A stretch of 32,000 nt of DNA from Acaryochloris marina S15 (GTDB taxonomy: Bacteria > Cyanobacteriota > Cyanobacteriia > Thermosynechococcales > Thermosynechococcaceae): contig NZ_CP064923.1 in the NCBI RefSeq assembly GCF_018336915.1, positions 240,001 through 272,000 on the forward strand, written 5' to 3'. This document shows positions 1-8,496 of this stretch, in pieces. The notes below the pieces were generated by a model. That model made no database searches. It was not told the DNA's origin and was given only the letters and a program-made list of their open reading frames with translations. Within the stretch, counting starts at the first letter, position 1. Every line of letters begins with the position of its first letter. A program made the translations under genes and the position numbers.

Positions 1-175
1 CTGCACCAAAAGCGAGCGCTATCTGCTGGATAACAATTGTGCCATCTTCTGAGAGTGTCTCAACCTGCTTATTGAGTTACCTATGCTTAACGGTTGCGGT
101 TAGCGATTGTCATCGATATTACATGCAAATTTAAGTCGTCGTAATGATTATATGGCTGTCAAACTTTAAGCCTTT

Positions 176-793
176 TTACGCTGCCTTCCAAATCTGGAAG
201 CAATGATCAAATTTCTGAAATAACTTATTAGACCCTGCAAAGCTAATGTCTTGCGCCCAGCTTTCGATAGAAAATAGAAACGCTTGCAGCTCTCGCTCCA
301 CACATATCAATGCTTTCTCAAAATCAGGTCGTGAAACCTCAACATAAAACGCATCTCGAGTTGGTTCAGTATAACCATCTGACCAAATACGAATAATATT
401 GCCTTGATGCTCAACCCATGGACTTGGATCATGCCCTAACCAAGGAGAATGGCCTGTTTGTAGAAAATCAATCCATTCGTGCCATGTTTCCAGCCCACAA
501 CAACAACTTGGAGGAATAACTTTATCTTCAGATACGATTTGTATACCACCTGGTAACACTAAACTTTCTATTTCCAGGATCTGTTCCAAAACAGTTTGTT
601 TCTTCTTTGCGAGTTTTATTTGGTTGTATTTCGCCAATTGAGCAAACACCAAACCGATTTCTGGATATGTCATTTCTCCGCATAAACGGATCATCGACAA
701 AGGCTTGAATTTTGGAATCGGCCAAGGACAAAGAAATTCACCTTCGTAATAAGGTAACTCTACGACCGCCTGCATCTGAATCAACGAATTCAT
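176..793 (-). CDS. hypothetical protein (205 aa), no family recognised
   Basis: ATG-initiated ORF (cat at 791-793). The only competitor is a 67-aa alternate-frame ORF. It has Trp/His-rich stretches (ETWHEWIDF, SPWLGHDPSPW) and a CCC triplet, but no motif I can assign. Confidence 0.5.
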   Translation of the reverse strand: MNSLIQMQAVVELPYYEGEFLCPWPIPKFKPLSMIRLCGEMTYPEIGLVFAQLAKYNQIKLAKKKQTVLEQILEIESLVLPGGIQIVSEDKVIPPSCCCGLETWHEWIDFLQTGHSPWLGHDPSPWVEHQGNIIRIWSDGYTEPTRDAFYVEVSRPDFEKALICVERELQAFLFSIESWAQDISFAGSNKLFQKFDHCFQIWKAA

Positions 794-909
794 AGGTGCT
801 TACAGTTCTAAAAAACCGACATATCTGCACGTTATTTGCAGAATGTACCCATATCAAAACCCTCAACCAGATAATAACTCTGGCCATCTGCCATTAACCT
901 GAATGATTT

Positions 910-1575
910 ATGAAACGGGCTAAATCTTTCACTCCCCGCAAAAGCCTTCTTCTACTAACTGTAGTGTGTGTGATCGCAACAGGCATTGCTCTATTGGTAA
1001 TGGGTAAGCTCGATACCACTCAAATTAAAACACTGGTTCATGGTGCAGGGATTTGGGGGCCGATTTATTACATCTTGGCCTATGTGATTGCTACCCTATT
1101 GGTTCTTCCTTCTACTGCTCTAAACCTTACAGGAGGTGGTTTGTTCGGCCCTTGGCTAGGGACCCTTTGGACAAGTCTTGCCGCCATTATTGCCGCCGTT
1201 GTGGCCTTTTACTTTAGCCGCACCATCGGTCGCGAACCCATTGCCAAACGGTTGGCAGGACGCTGGCAAAAAATGGATGCTGAGGTCAAACGGGGCGGCC
1301 TCTTCTATATGTTTGCGATTCGGTTAGTGCCGATTATGCCCTACGGCCTGGTTAACTTTGCGGCGGGTCTCACCTCTATCCGCTTTCGTGATTTTTTGAT
1401 CGGTACAATCTTAGGCACGGTTCCTAGCGTTTTGCCCTTTGTTCTCTTGGGTAGTTCTAGCGTTCAAGCTCTTAATTCCGGCAACCTTGCTCCTTTAATA
1501 GGTGCTTTAGCGTTGACTGGAATACTGGTCGCAGGATCAACCTATTGGCGTCAAAAACGGTTCAAACGGAGTTGA
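910..1575 (+). CDS. TVP38/TMEM64 (DedA-related, SNARE-associated) family membrane protein
   Basis: 221 aa and multi-TM. It has a family-typical core (FAIRLVPIMPYGLVNFAAGLTSIRFRDFLIGTILGTVP). The start is ATG. Confidence 0.8.
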   Translation: MKRAKSFTPRKSLLLLTVVCVIATGIALLVMGKLDTTQIKTLVHGAGIWGPIYYILAYVIATLLVLPSTALNLTGGGLFGPWLGTLWTSLAAIIAAVVAFYFSRTIGREPIAKRLAGRWQKMDAEVKRGGLFYMFAIRLVPIMPYGLVNFAAGLTSIRFRDFLIGTILGTVPSVLPFVLLGSSSVQALNSGNLAPLIGALALTGILVAGSTYWRQKRFKRS

Positions 1576-1651
1576 TGCCCCGAAAAATTGTCATGAACGC
1601 TACCGTTCAGTGCAAGACTGGAAGGTGGAGCTGACACAATAATCAGAAGAT

Positions 1652-2533
1652 ATGACCAAAACAGCATGGGTATTTCCTGGACAAGGGTCCCAGGCGCTTG
1701 GAATGGGCCTAGACCTACTCGATACCGAAATCGGTAAACAGCGGTTTGCAGCCGCAGAAAGCATCTTGGGATGGTCTGTCCCCGAGGTATGCCGAGAAGA
1801 TGAAACCCGCCTGTCCCAAACCAATTACACCCAGCCCTGCTTATATGTAGTAGCTGCTATTTTTTCCGATCTACTGACTGAGAAAGGACTGAAACCCGAT
1901 TTGGTTGCTGGTCATAGCTTAGGAGAATATGTTGCTCTATACTCAGCCCAGGTTTTTGACTTTGAATCGGGCTTAAAGCTGGTGCAAAAACGTTCAACCC
2001 TCATGTCTCAATCTTCGGACGGCAAAATGGCGGCCCTAATGGGGTTCGATCGTGATCAGCTCAATCAAACTGTTGAAAGTACAGAGGGTGTTGTTTTAGC
2101 CAATGATAACCATGCTGGCCAAGTCGTCATTTCGGGGACGCCAGCCGCCGTTGATACCGTCTTAGGCAGTATTAAAGTCAAGCGAGCGGTCGAGCTGAAT
2201 GTAAGCGGTGCGTTCCATTCTCCCTTGATGGCAGATGCTGCGGCTGACTATGAATCAGTTCTAAATTCCATCGACTTTCAATCGGCACAGGTTCCGGTTG
2301 TCTCTAATGTGGAACCGACACCTTCTACAGATCCAGCTACCCTCCAAACTCGCCTGATCCAGCAAATGACGGGTCCTGTGCGCTGGCGGGAAACGGCTCT
2401 TGTTTTCGCTGATCAAGGGATTGAATCCGTTATGGAAGTCGGACCGGGTAAAGTCTTAACGGGTTTGGTCAAGCGTACCTGTAAAGAGATGACCCTAACG
2501 AATATCAATAGCTTGGAGAGCTTACCCGCTTGA
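1652..2533 (+). CDS. fabD: malonyl CoA-acyl carrier protein transacylase
   Basis: 293 aa with FPGQGSQ, the active-site GHSLGEY motif and GAFHS. The length is typical of FabD. Confidence 0.95.
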   Translation: MTKTAWVFPGQGSQALGMGLDLLDTEIGKQRFAAAESILGWSVPEVCREDETRLSQTNYTQPCLYVVAAIFSDLLTEKGLKPDLVAGHSLGEYVALYSAQVFDFESGLKLVQKRSTLMSQSSDGKMAALMGFDRDQLNQTVESTEGVVLANDNHAGQVVISGTPAAVDTVLGSIKVKRAVELNVSGAFHSPLMADAAADYESVLNSIDFQSAQVPVVSNVEPTPSTDPATLQTRLIQQMTGPVRWRETALVFADQGIESVMEVGPGKVLTGLVKRTCKEMTLTNINSLESLPA

Positions 2534-2614
2534 GTTTAGATCAGGTTTAACCGACCAATCTCACACCAATTTGATATTGTCAGTCTAATTGAGTTCTCTG
2601 CCGAGGTTCGCTCC

Positions 2615-3253
2615 ATGCCACAACAGCGTGAGCCCACAATTAGCTTAGCCCTCTACCACCTGTTCAAATGGACGGTGGTGAGTCCCTCTTTGCATGTTTA
2701 TTTCCAGGGGCGGATTCATAATGCTGAACGGGTTCCGCAACAAGGGCCTTTAATTGTGGTTAGCAATCATGCGAGTGACTTTGATCCGCCACTGTTGTCC
2801 AACTGTATGCGCCGCCCTGTCGCATTTATGGCCAAACAGGAACTCTTTGAGGTACCTGTCCTATCCACTTTGATTCGGTGGTATGGTGCCTATCCTGTGA
2901 ATCGCGGATCCGCAGATCGCAGTGCGATTCGAGCTGCGTTAGCATCTTTGGACCAAGGATGGGCCGTGGGGCTATTCTTACAAGGCACCCGTACCGCAGA
3001 TGGGCGAATCAACAATCCCAAGCAAGGGGCGGCACTTATTGCCAGTAAAATTCAGGCTCCCATCCTGCCTGTCTCTTTATGGGGGACTGAAAAGATTTTG
3101 CCGAAGGGGCAAAAATTGCCGCGCAGTGTGCCGTTAACCATTCGGATTGGCGAGCCCATTCCACCCCCTCCTAGCCGAGATCGGGCTGCACTAGCCGATG
3201 TCACTCAGCAATGTGCTGATGTCATTAATTCCATGCATGATTTAGGTCGTTAA
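2615..3253 (+). CDS. plsC: 1-acyl-sn-glycerol-3-phosphate acyltransferase (lysophospholipid acyltransferase family)
   Basis: 212 aa with the HX4D motif (NHASDFDP) and an FLQGTR block. It lies directly downstream of fabD, as in many cyanobacteria. Confidence 0.88.
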   Translation: MPQQREPTISLALYHLFKWTVVSPSLHVYFQGRIHNAERVPQQGPLIVVSNHASDFDPPLLSNCMRRPVAFMAKQELFEVPVLSTLIRWYGAYPVNRGSADRSAIRAALASLDQGWAVGLFLQGTRTADGRINNPKQGAALIASKIQAPILPVSLWGTEKILPKGQKLPRSVPLTIRIGEPIPPPPSRDRAALADVTQQCADVINSMHDLGR

Positions 3254-3257
3254 CCCT

Positions 3258-3671
3258 ATGGGACAGATTTCCACCCACCCACTGTCGCAAATTGTCTTAC
3301 TGCTGGGTCTGACCGTTGGTATAGGAGCCTGTGGGTTACCAGAAGCCTTTAATCAGTTCTCGCAAGAAGCCGATAACCAGTTTGGCGATCAACACTTTAA
3401 AACAGCCATTACTTTAATTGAATTGCATCATGTGCGTTATGGAGACTATCCCCAATCCTTGGCGGATTTGAAATATACCGGAGATTGGGATCAGCTTGCA
3501 ATTCAGTCAGTCAGTTATCAGAAGGCAGATAAAGGTTACATTCTTAATCTAGAAAGAGGCTGGGTTGGCAAAGCAGACCTGGAATATCCGCCCGATTTTT
3601 GGCAAAACTTAGGGATTATTGAGTCCAATGTCAAAGGCCAGCCGAATCCGATCAAGACTTCAAAGAAGTGA
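3258..3671 (+). CDS. hypothetical lipoprotein (137 aa)
   Basis: The ATG is 4 nt after the plsC stop. The N-terminal hydrophobic segment ends in a lipobox-like GIGAC. No family recognised. Confidence 0.55.
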   Translation: MGQISTHPLSQIVLLLGLTVGIGACGLPEAFNQFSQEADNQFGDQHFKTAITLIELHHVRYGDYPQSLADLKYTGDWDQLAIQSVSYQKADKGYILNLERGWVGKADLEYPPDFWQNLGIIESNVKGQPNPIKTSKK

Positions 3672-3755
3672 ACATTACTGTTGTGCTTTACGGCAATAGA
3701 ATCAAATCGACAGCGTTAAAATTGAACCACTCTTAAGCAGAGGGGATAGCCATTT

Positions 3756-4286
3756 ATGTCAGCGATGCAACTAGAAGTTCTTCAACTCGGTAACCCTAAA
3801 CTTCGCCGGACTGCCCGCCCTGTTGAAGATCCTACCTCTCGGGAGATTCAGTCTCTCATTGATGACTTAATTGGGACTATGGGGCAGGCCAATGGTGTCG
3901 GCATTGCCGCCCCTCAAGTTGGCATTGATTGGCAAGTTGTGATTGTGGCCTCCCGCCCCACCCTCAGATATCCTCATGCGCCTCATATGGATCCAATTGC
4001 AATGATTAATCCTCAACTCACCGATATCAGTGCAGAGCAAGTGAAGGACTGGGAAGGCTGTTTGAGTGTACCGGGTATTCGGGGCTTAGTCCCTCGTGCG
4101 TCTACTATTTCTGTTGAATACCAAGATCGCAAGGGTCAGTCTCAGCAAGAAATTTTCCATGACTTTGTTGCACGCATTATTCAGCATGAATGCGACCATT
4201 TACAGGGCTATGTATTTCTTGACCGAGTTGAATCAACTCGGGAACTTATTACCGAAAATGAGTATCACAAACTAGTACTTTCCTAG
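3756..4286 (+). CDS. def: peptide deformylase
   Basis: 176 aa carrying all three PDF motifs: GVGIAAPQVG, EGCLSVPG and QHECDHLQG. A purine-rich AGAGGGGA lies upstream of the ATG. Confidence 0.95.
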   Translation: MSAMQLEVLQLGNPKLRRTARPVEDPTSREIQSLIDDLIGTMGQANGVGIAAPQVGIDWQVVIVASRPTLRYPHAPHMDPIAMINPQLTDISAEQVKDWEGCLSVPGIRGLVPRASTISVEYQDRKGQSQQEIFHDFVARIIQHECDHLQGYVFLDRVESTRELITENEYHKLVLS

Positions 4287-4620
4287 TTGTGGAGGCTCAA
4301 AGGTCATAAATAGTGTGCAATTTTATTTCAAAGTATAATTTTGGGTGACCATACGCTATACTCGTCCAATCTTTGTTTTTCCTGGAATTCTCTTCAATTT
4401 TGAAACATAACACTGCTGGATTAAGCGCTTTGATCGAGTGATTTGTAACTCGCAATATCCAGGGTGATCACTATCACTTCTCTTTTGTCAGGAAAAATCA
4501 ACAATGAAGTTGACAAAGCTACAAGTGTAGTTTTAATAGCAGCATTCATCGCGCTGAGCTTTTAGAATTGGGCCATATTTGGCCAAGTTAACAAGTTATT
4601 TGTTCTCCCCAAGATGATTT

Positions 4621-6018
4621 ATGAGCCATAACTCCCACTGGACACTCCGAGCCAATACGTCAATCGTGACATTGGTGCAGCGCCTTCTGGATCCTACATT
4701 GGCAGTCTTGTTACTAGTGATTTTGGCTCATTTTTATGCCATTCCTTTTACCACCAGTCTGCAGCTCTTTGCCCTGACAGTCTTCCTACTAATTTTGCCT
4801 GTCTTTAAGGCAACCGGTATGTATCGTCCCTACCGCAGTCTGGCTGCAAGATTGCTAGCCATTAGGTTTGTTCTGGGATGGTCAATTGTAATGGGGCTGA
4901 TGCTTTTCATCGGCTTTGCGACCAAGACCTCGATGATTTTTTCGAGAGCGCTGATCTTGACCTGGTCTTGCAGTGTGCCGATGGTGTTGCTCGTGGTTCA
5001 CTTTTTGGTTTGGGCGATGCTCCGCCAAATTCGCATCTCTGGGCGCAATTCTAAGTCTGCGGTGATTGCTGGGGTGAATCAAGTCAGCCTGGATCTAGCA
5101 GAGCAGATTCGGGAGTGTAAGGACTTAGGGATTCGGCTCAGTGGCTTTTTTGATGATCAGTCGCCATCGGAATTACCAGATGTTCCGATGGTGGGTAAGT
5201 TATCTGAAGTTCCCGACTATGTTCGTCAACATCATATTGATGTGGTGTATCTGGCCTGTGCTGCGGATGATGAACCGCGATTTGCAGAACTTATTGAGGC
5301 ACTACAAGATACGACTGCCTGTGTCTATTTCGTGCCTAGTCTGTTGATGTACAGCCTGATGCATGGTCGGTCTTACGAAATCAATGGTGTACCTTTGATT
5401 TCGATCTGGGAGATTCCTTTTTCTGACTTGCAGTATGTCTTTAAGCGGGCCATTGATGTGGTGTTATCTGGGTTAGCCCTGGTGGTGCTGTCTCCAGTGA
5501 TGACGGTGATTGCCATGGCCGTAAAGCTATCCTCACCGGGCCCGATTTTGTTTAAGCAGCGTCGGTACGGCTTAAATGGCCAAGAAATCATTGTCTACAA
5601 GTTCCGATCCATGACGGTGATGGAAGATGATGGCACTGTGGTGCAGGCAACTCGGGGTGATCGTCGCATTACTCCTCTGGGTGGTTTCTTACGCAAAACA
5701 TCTTTGGATGAACTCCCTCAGTTTTTGAATGTGTGGCAAGGTCGCATGAGTCTGGTCGGACCTCGTCCCCATGCGGTGGCTCACAATGAAATGTACCGCA
5801 AGCTAATCAGTGGCTATATGCTGCGCCATAAGGTTAAGCCTGGCATTACCGGGTGGGCTCAGGTGAATGGTTGCCGGGGTGAAACGGAAACCTTGGACAA
5901 GATGAAGCGACGCATTGATTATGATTTGGAATACCTCAAAAACTGGTCTCTCAGTCTAGATATTCAAATTCTTTTGAAGACAGCTTTTGTTTTCCTCAAA
6001 GACCAAAATGCTTATTAA
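4621..6018 (+). CDS. undecaprenyl-phosphate glucose/hexose phosphotransferase (exopolysaccharide-priming bacterial sugar transferase, WcaJ-like)
   Basis: 465 aa with N-terminal TM helices and a central CoA-binding-like segment. The C-terminal bacterial sugar transferase domain shows PGPILFKQRRYGLNGQEIIVYKFRSM and DELPQFLNVWQGRMSLVGPRP. Confidence 0.9.
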   Translation: MSHNSHWTLRANTSIVTLVQRLLDPTLAVLLLVILAHFYAIPFTTSLQLFALTVFLLILPVFKATGMYRPYRSLAARLLAIRFVLGWSIVMGLMLFIGFATKTSMIFSRALILTWSCSVPMVLLVVHFLVWAMLRQIRISGRNSKSAVIAGVNQVSLDLAEQIRECKDLGIRLSGFFDDQSPSELPDVPMVGKLSEVPDYVRQHHIDVVYLACAADDEPRFAELIEALQDTTACVYFVPSLLMYSLMHGRSYEINGVPLISIWEIPFSDLQYVFKRAIDVVLSGLALVVLSPVMTVIAMAVKLSSPGPILFKQRRYGLNGQEIIVYKFRSMTVMEDDGTVVQATRGDRRITPLGGFLRKTSLDELPQFLNVWQGRMSLVGPRPHAVAHNEMYRKLISGYMLRHKVKPGITGWAQVNGCRGETETLDKMKRRIDYDLEYLKNWSLSLDIQILLKTAFVFLKDQNAY

Positions 6019-6242
6019 GCGTAGCCTAGCCCGCTAGATTCGGTTGTTTTTGGGAAACTCCTAGGGGCATTCAGCGTCATAATTAGCACATAGGAGTCGT
6101 ATATCTCCTTGCTCAAAACTGGTTGATGATGTCAGTGTCAGTCCATCCATGTTCAATATGGGTTGGGACGCCTTGATTAACTAGCAAGATTAAGCGAGCA
6201 ACGAGATAGACCTATGATGCTGTTTCATCGTCTGGTGACTTT

Positions 6243-7103
6243 ATGAAGGATGCAGTCTCTCAGCTGCCCATTTCTAAGCGTGTTGTTGCGGCAACTGCTT
6301 TAGCAACGAGTCTTGCGATCGCAACCCCAAATCCTGCCCAAGCTATTCCTTTGAGAGACTTGATCTTTCGGGGGATTCAAGTCATCCAACTCTCCAATCT
6401 TTCTAATAAGCAGGAACGAGAGCTAGGCGAGCAAATTCATCGCAACCTCCAAAGCCAAGGAATGCGCTTGCATCAAGGGCGGTCCCTCAATCGCTATGTG
6501 AGCCGCATTGGTCAGCGTTTAGTAGATGCCGGGGCGAGACGCCGGAAAGTAGCCTACCGTTTTCAGGTCGTCGATGATAAGCGGGTAAATGCCTTTGCCA
6601 CGATGGGAGGGCGGGTTTATGTCACTACAGGTCTGATTAATACCGCAGATAACGAAGCCCAGCTCGCTAGCGTCATTGGCCATGAAATTGGCCATATTGA
6701 CCGCAAACACCTAGTCAAGCAAATTCGCAAGACGATGGTGGCTCAAGGACTAACAACCGCTATTACGGGCTCCAATCGCAGTCAAGTCGCCAATATTGGG
6801 GTCAACTTATTAGTCAGTCGTCCCCAAAGCCGCAGTGACGAATATGATGCCGATCGAGAAGGACTCCGCATGTTGAGAGCAGCAGGGTATGCCACCTCAG
6901 CGATGCCTGAATTTATGCGCAAACTCGTTTCGAGTCGATCAACCCCCACCTTTTTAAGTACCCACCCAGCCGCTCCAGATCGAGTGGTTCGCCTGGAGAG
7001 TGAGATTCAATCGGGCTCTCAAAATGAATGCGATAGCAACCCCGATCTGCAAAGCTGCGGTCTCAACCAAAGCCGCTACCGGCAAGTTGTGGGCAGTCGT
7101 TAA
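6243..7103 (+). CDS. M48 family metallopeptidase (secreted or periplasmic)
   Basis: 286 aa with an N-terminal signal-like segment, the HEXXH zinc motif (VIGHEIGHIDRKH) and a downstream E..AD block (DEYDADREG). Confidence 0.85.
   Translation: MKDAVSQLPISKRVVAATALATSLAIATPNPAQAIPLRDLIFRGIQVIQLSNLSNKQERELGEQIHRNLQSQGMRLHQGRSLNRYVSRIGQRLVDAGARRRKVAYRFQVVDDKRVNAFATMGGRVYVTTGLINTADNEAQLASVIGHEIGHIDRKHLVKQIRKTMVAQGLTTAITGSNRSQVANIGVNLLVSRPQSRSDEYDADREGLRMLRAAGYATSAMPEFMRKLVSSRSTPTFLSTHPAAPDRVVRLESEIQSGSQNECDSNPDLQSCGLNQSRYRQVVGSR
6315..6322. repeat. HIP1 octamer GCGATCGC (first of 11 exact copies)
   Basis: Exact copies, found by eye, at 6315, 9572, 9772, 9794, 12765, 14432, 22826, 23692, 24803, 28622 and 31658 (start coordinates). 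About 0.5 copies would be expected by chance in 32 kb. Confidence 0.9.
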
Positions 7104-7220
7104 GCAGCCCCGTTACGCTGCAGAATCAGTCCAGTACTGCCCAGCAGATGAAAGGGTTGCGCTAAGACTGGACCCTGCTCGGTTTCAATAGCTCCTCCTA
7201 AGAGGCTGATTGTCATTGAC

Positions 7221-7841
7221 TTATAAAGGCTGGATGATCAGATCTACTCTTTGAATTTGGTGCTGATAGTCTTCGGAGACGAATGCCTTGGATCGACTCT
7301 CGTCTAGGGTCAGCTCAACCGTTTGGATCCCTAAGGATTGAAAAAATTTCTCGTAGCTATCAATAATGGTGCTGGGTTGAGGAGATACACCTGCTGCTTC
7401 TAATTCTTCAGCCATTTCCTCATAAATTTCTGCTTCCTCTTCAAAGTCTTCGGTGGTTTGGTAGCGGGTTTTGGTATTTTCGGGTGAAAATAGCTCGCAA
7501 TCTACAGTGCCTGAGGTATCTTCTCCTGAAAATACGAGTACTTTGGCCTGCAGTTTTTGAGAGAAGTCTGATGCCGAATCCAGCGGTATATATCTGCCGA
7601 CATGATGGAAGATAATCACCCAGTCACTATCTATGACTTGGACAACCGCACCCGTAGGGCCATATTGATCCGCTTGTTTGGGGAAGGATGTCGTGATGGG
7701 TAAATTGTGACCCATTTCACGCTGTAAGGTCTCACCATAGACTTTGGAAACCACATCCATAGGAGCGTTCACAAACAATACAACCCATGAATAATTGCCA
7801 AAATCGCCTACATAGTCTTGAAAAGTTTCTGATTGATCCAT
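7221..7841 (-). CDS. hypothetical protein (206 aa) with an acidic central region
   Basis: ATG start, 12 nt downstream of the 2H phosphoesterase stop on the same strand, so probably co-transcribed. Contains the acidic run TEDFEEEAEIYEEMAEELEAAG. No family recognised. Confidence 0.55.
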   Translation of the reverse strand: MDQSETFQDYVGDFGNYSWVVLFVNAPMDVVSKVYGETLQREMGHNLPITTSFPKQADQYGPTGAVVQVIDSDWVIIFHHVGRYIPLDSASDFSQKLQAKVLVFSGEDTSGTVDCELFSPENTKTRYQTTEDFEEEAEIYEEMAEELEAAGVSPQPSTIIDSYEKFFQSLGIQTVELTLDESRSKAFVSEDYQHQIQRVDLIIQPL

Positions 7842-7853
7842 AATGGTTGAGAA

Positions 7854-8393
7854 CTAGGGGTTGATTTCAAAAGCAGCTAGATCATTGAGATTCCAGCGTT
7901 CCAGGGTTTGCCAAGTTTCTACTGCGGTCCATTCTCCAGGTTGTTGTGGACAGACGACTGCCAGGGTATCGAAAATAAGCGTTTCCTTAATCCTCAGTGC
8001 CTGAATGATGATTTGGCGTTCGAGGGGGGCTAATTCTTTGTAGATCAAACTGATATGGGGCATAAAAGGCTTGATTGCATTCTCAATCCACAATTCATAA
8101 ACCCTTTGCCGCAAGGCCACCAGGGGATCGGCTAAAGAGGTACGGATATAAACGGTGCGAAATAACGCTGCGCTATGGTCTAACCCTTGATTATCCAGTT
8201 GCAAGACAGGTGTAGCCGCTGCCAGAGCCGCTAGTGAAGATTGATAGTCATCAGAGACTTGGAGACGACCTGCAACGGTTACATGGGGGCTAAATCTAGG
8301 GGCTTGGTATTTGTCGGCAAGCGGATCGATGATTGCTTGCAGATAGGCAGAATCTTTGGGTGTGGGAACGAGCCAGAGTGAAACGTCTTGCAT
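7854..8393 (-). CDS. 2H phosphoesterase superfamily protein (cyclic phosphodiesterase / LigT-like)
   Basis: 179 aa with two H-x-T/S-x motifs at typical spacing (PHVTVAG and PHISLIY). The N-terminal SLWLVP resembles CPDase-type members. Confidence 0.72.
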   Translation of the reverse strand: MQDVSLWLVPTPKDSAYLQAIIDPLADKYQAPRFSPHVTVAGRLQVSDDYQSSLAALAAATPVLQLDNQGLDHSAALFRTVYIRTSLADPLVALRQRVYELWIENAIKPFMPHISLIYKELAPLERQIIIQALRIKETLIFDTLAVVCPQQPGEWTAVETWQTLERWNLNDLAAFEINP

Positions 8394-8496
8394 TAGGGTT
8401 GTTGCGTCTTGCCTGCAGCTCCCTTTTTAATGGTGAAGTCTCGGCAGAGAGCATGATATCTCTAGGCGAGGCCGACCCTTTTTGGCAGGAGTGGCT

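Noticed and set aside
1-175. Possible 3' end of a gene running into the window (open frames on the + strand; ETLSEDGTIVIQQIALAFGA-like frame on the minus strand)
   Set aside because: The minus-strand frame has no usable start codon after its upstream stop. The + strand frames are too short to evaluate, so no feature is called.
4287-4620. 334-bp AT-rich intergenic region upstream of the sugar transferase, considered as a possible ncRNA or mobile remnant
   Set aside because: I found only weak 5-bp stems. There are no repeats, no terminal inverted repeats and no recognisable RNA motif. It is most simply a promoter and long 5' UTR.
6019-6060. Possible terminator after the sugar transferase gene (CTAGC-CC-GCTAG followed by TTGTTTTT)
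   Set aside because: The stem is only 5 bp with a 2-nt loop, which is sterically implausible, so it is not called.
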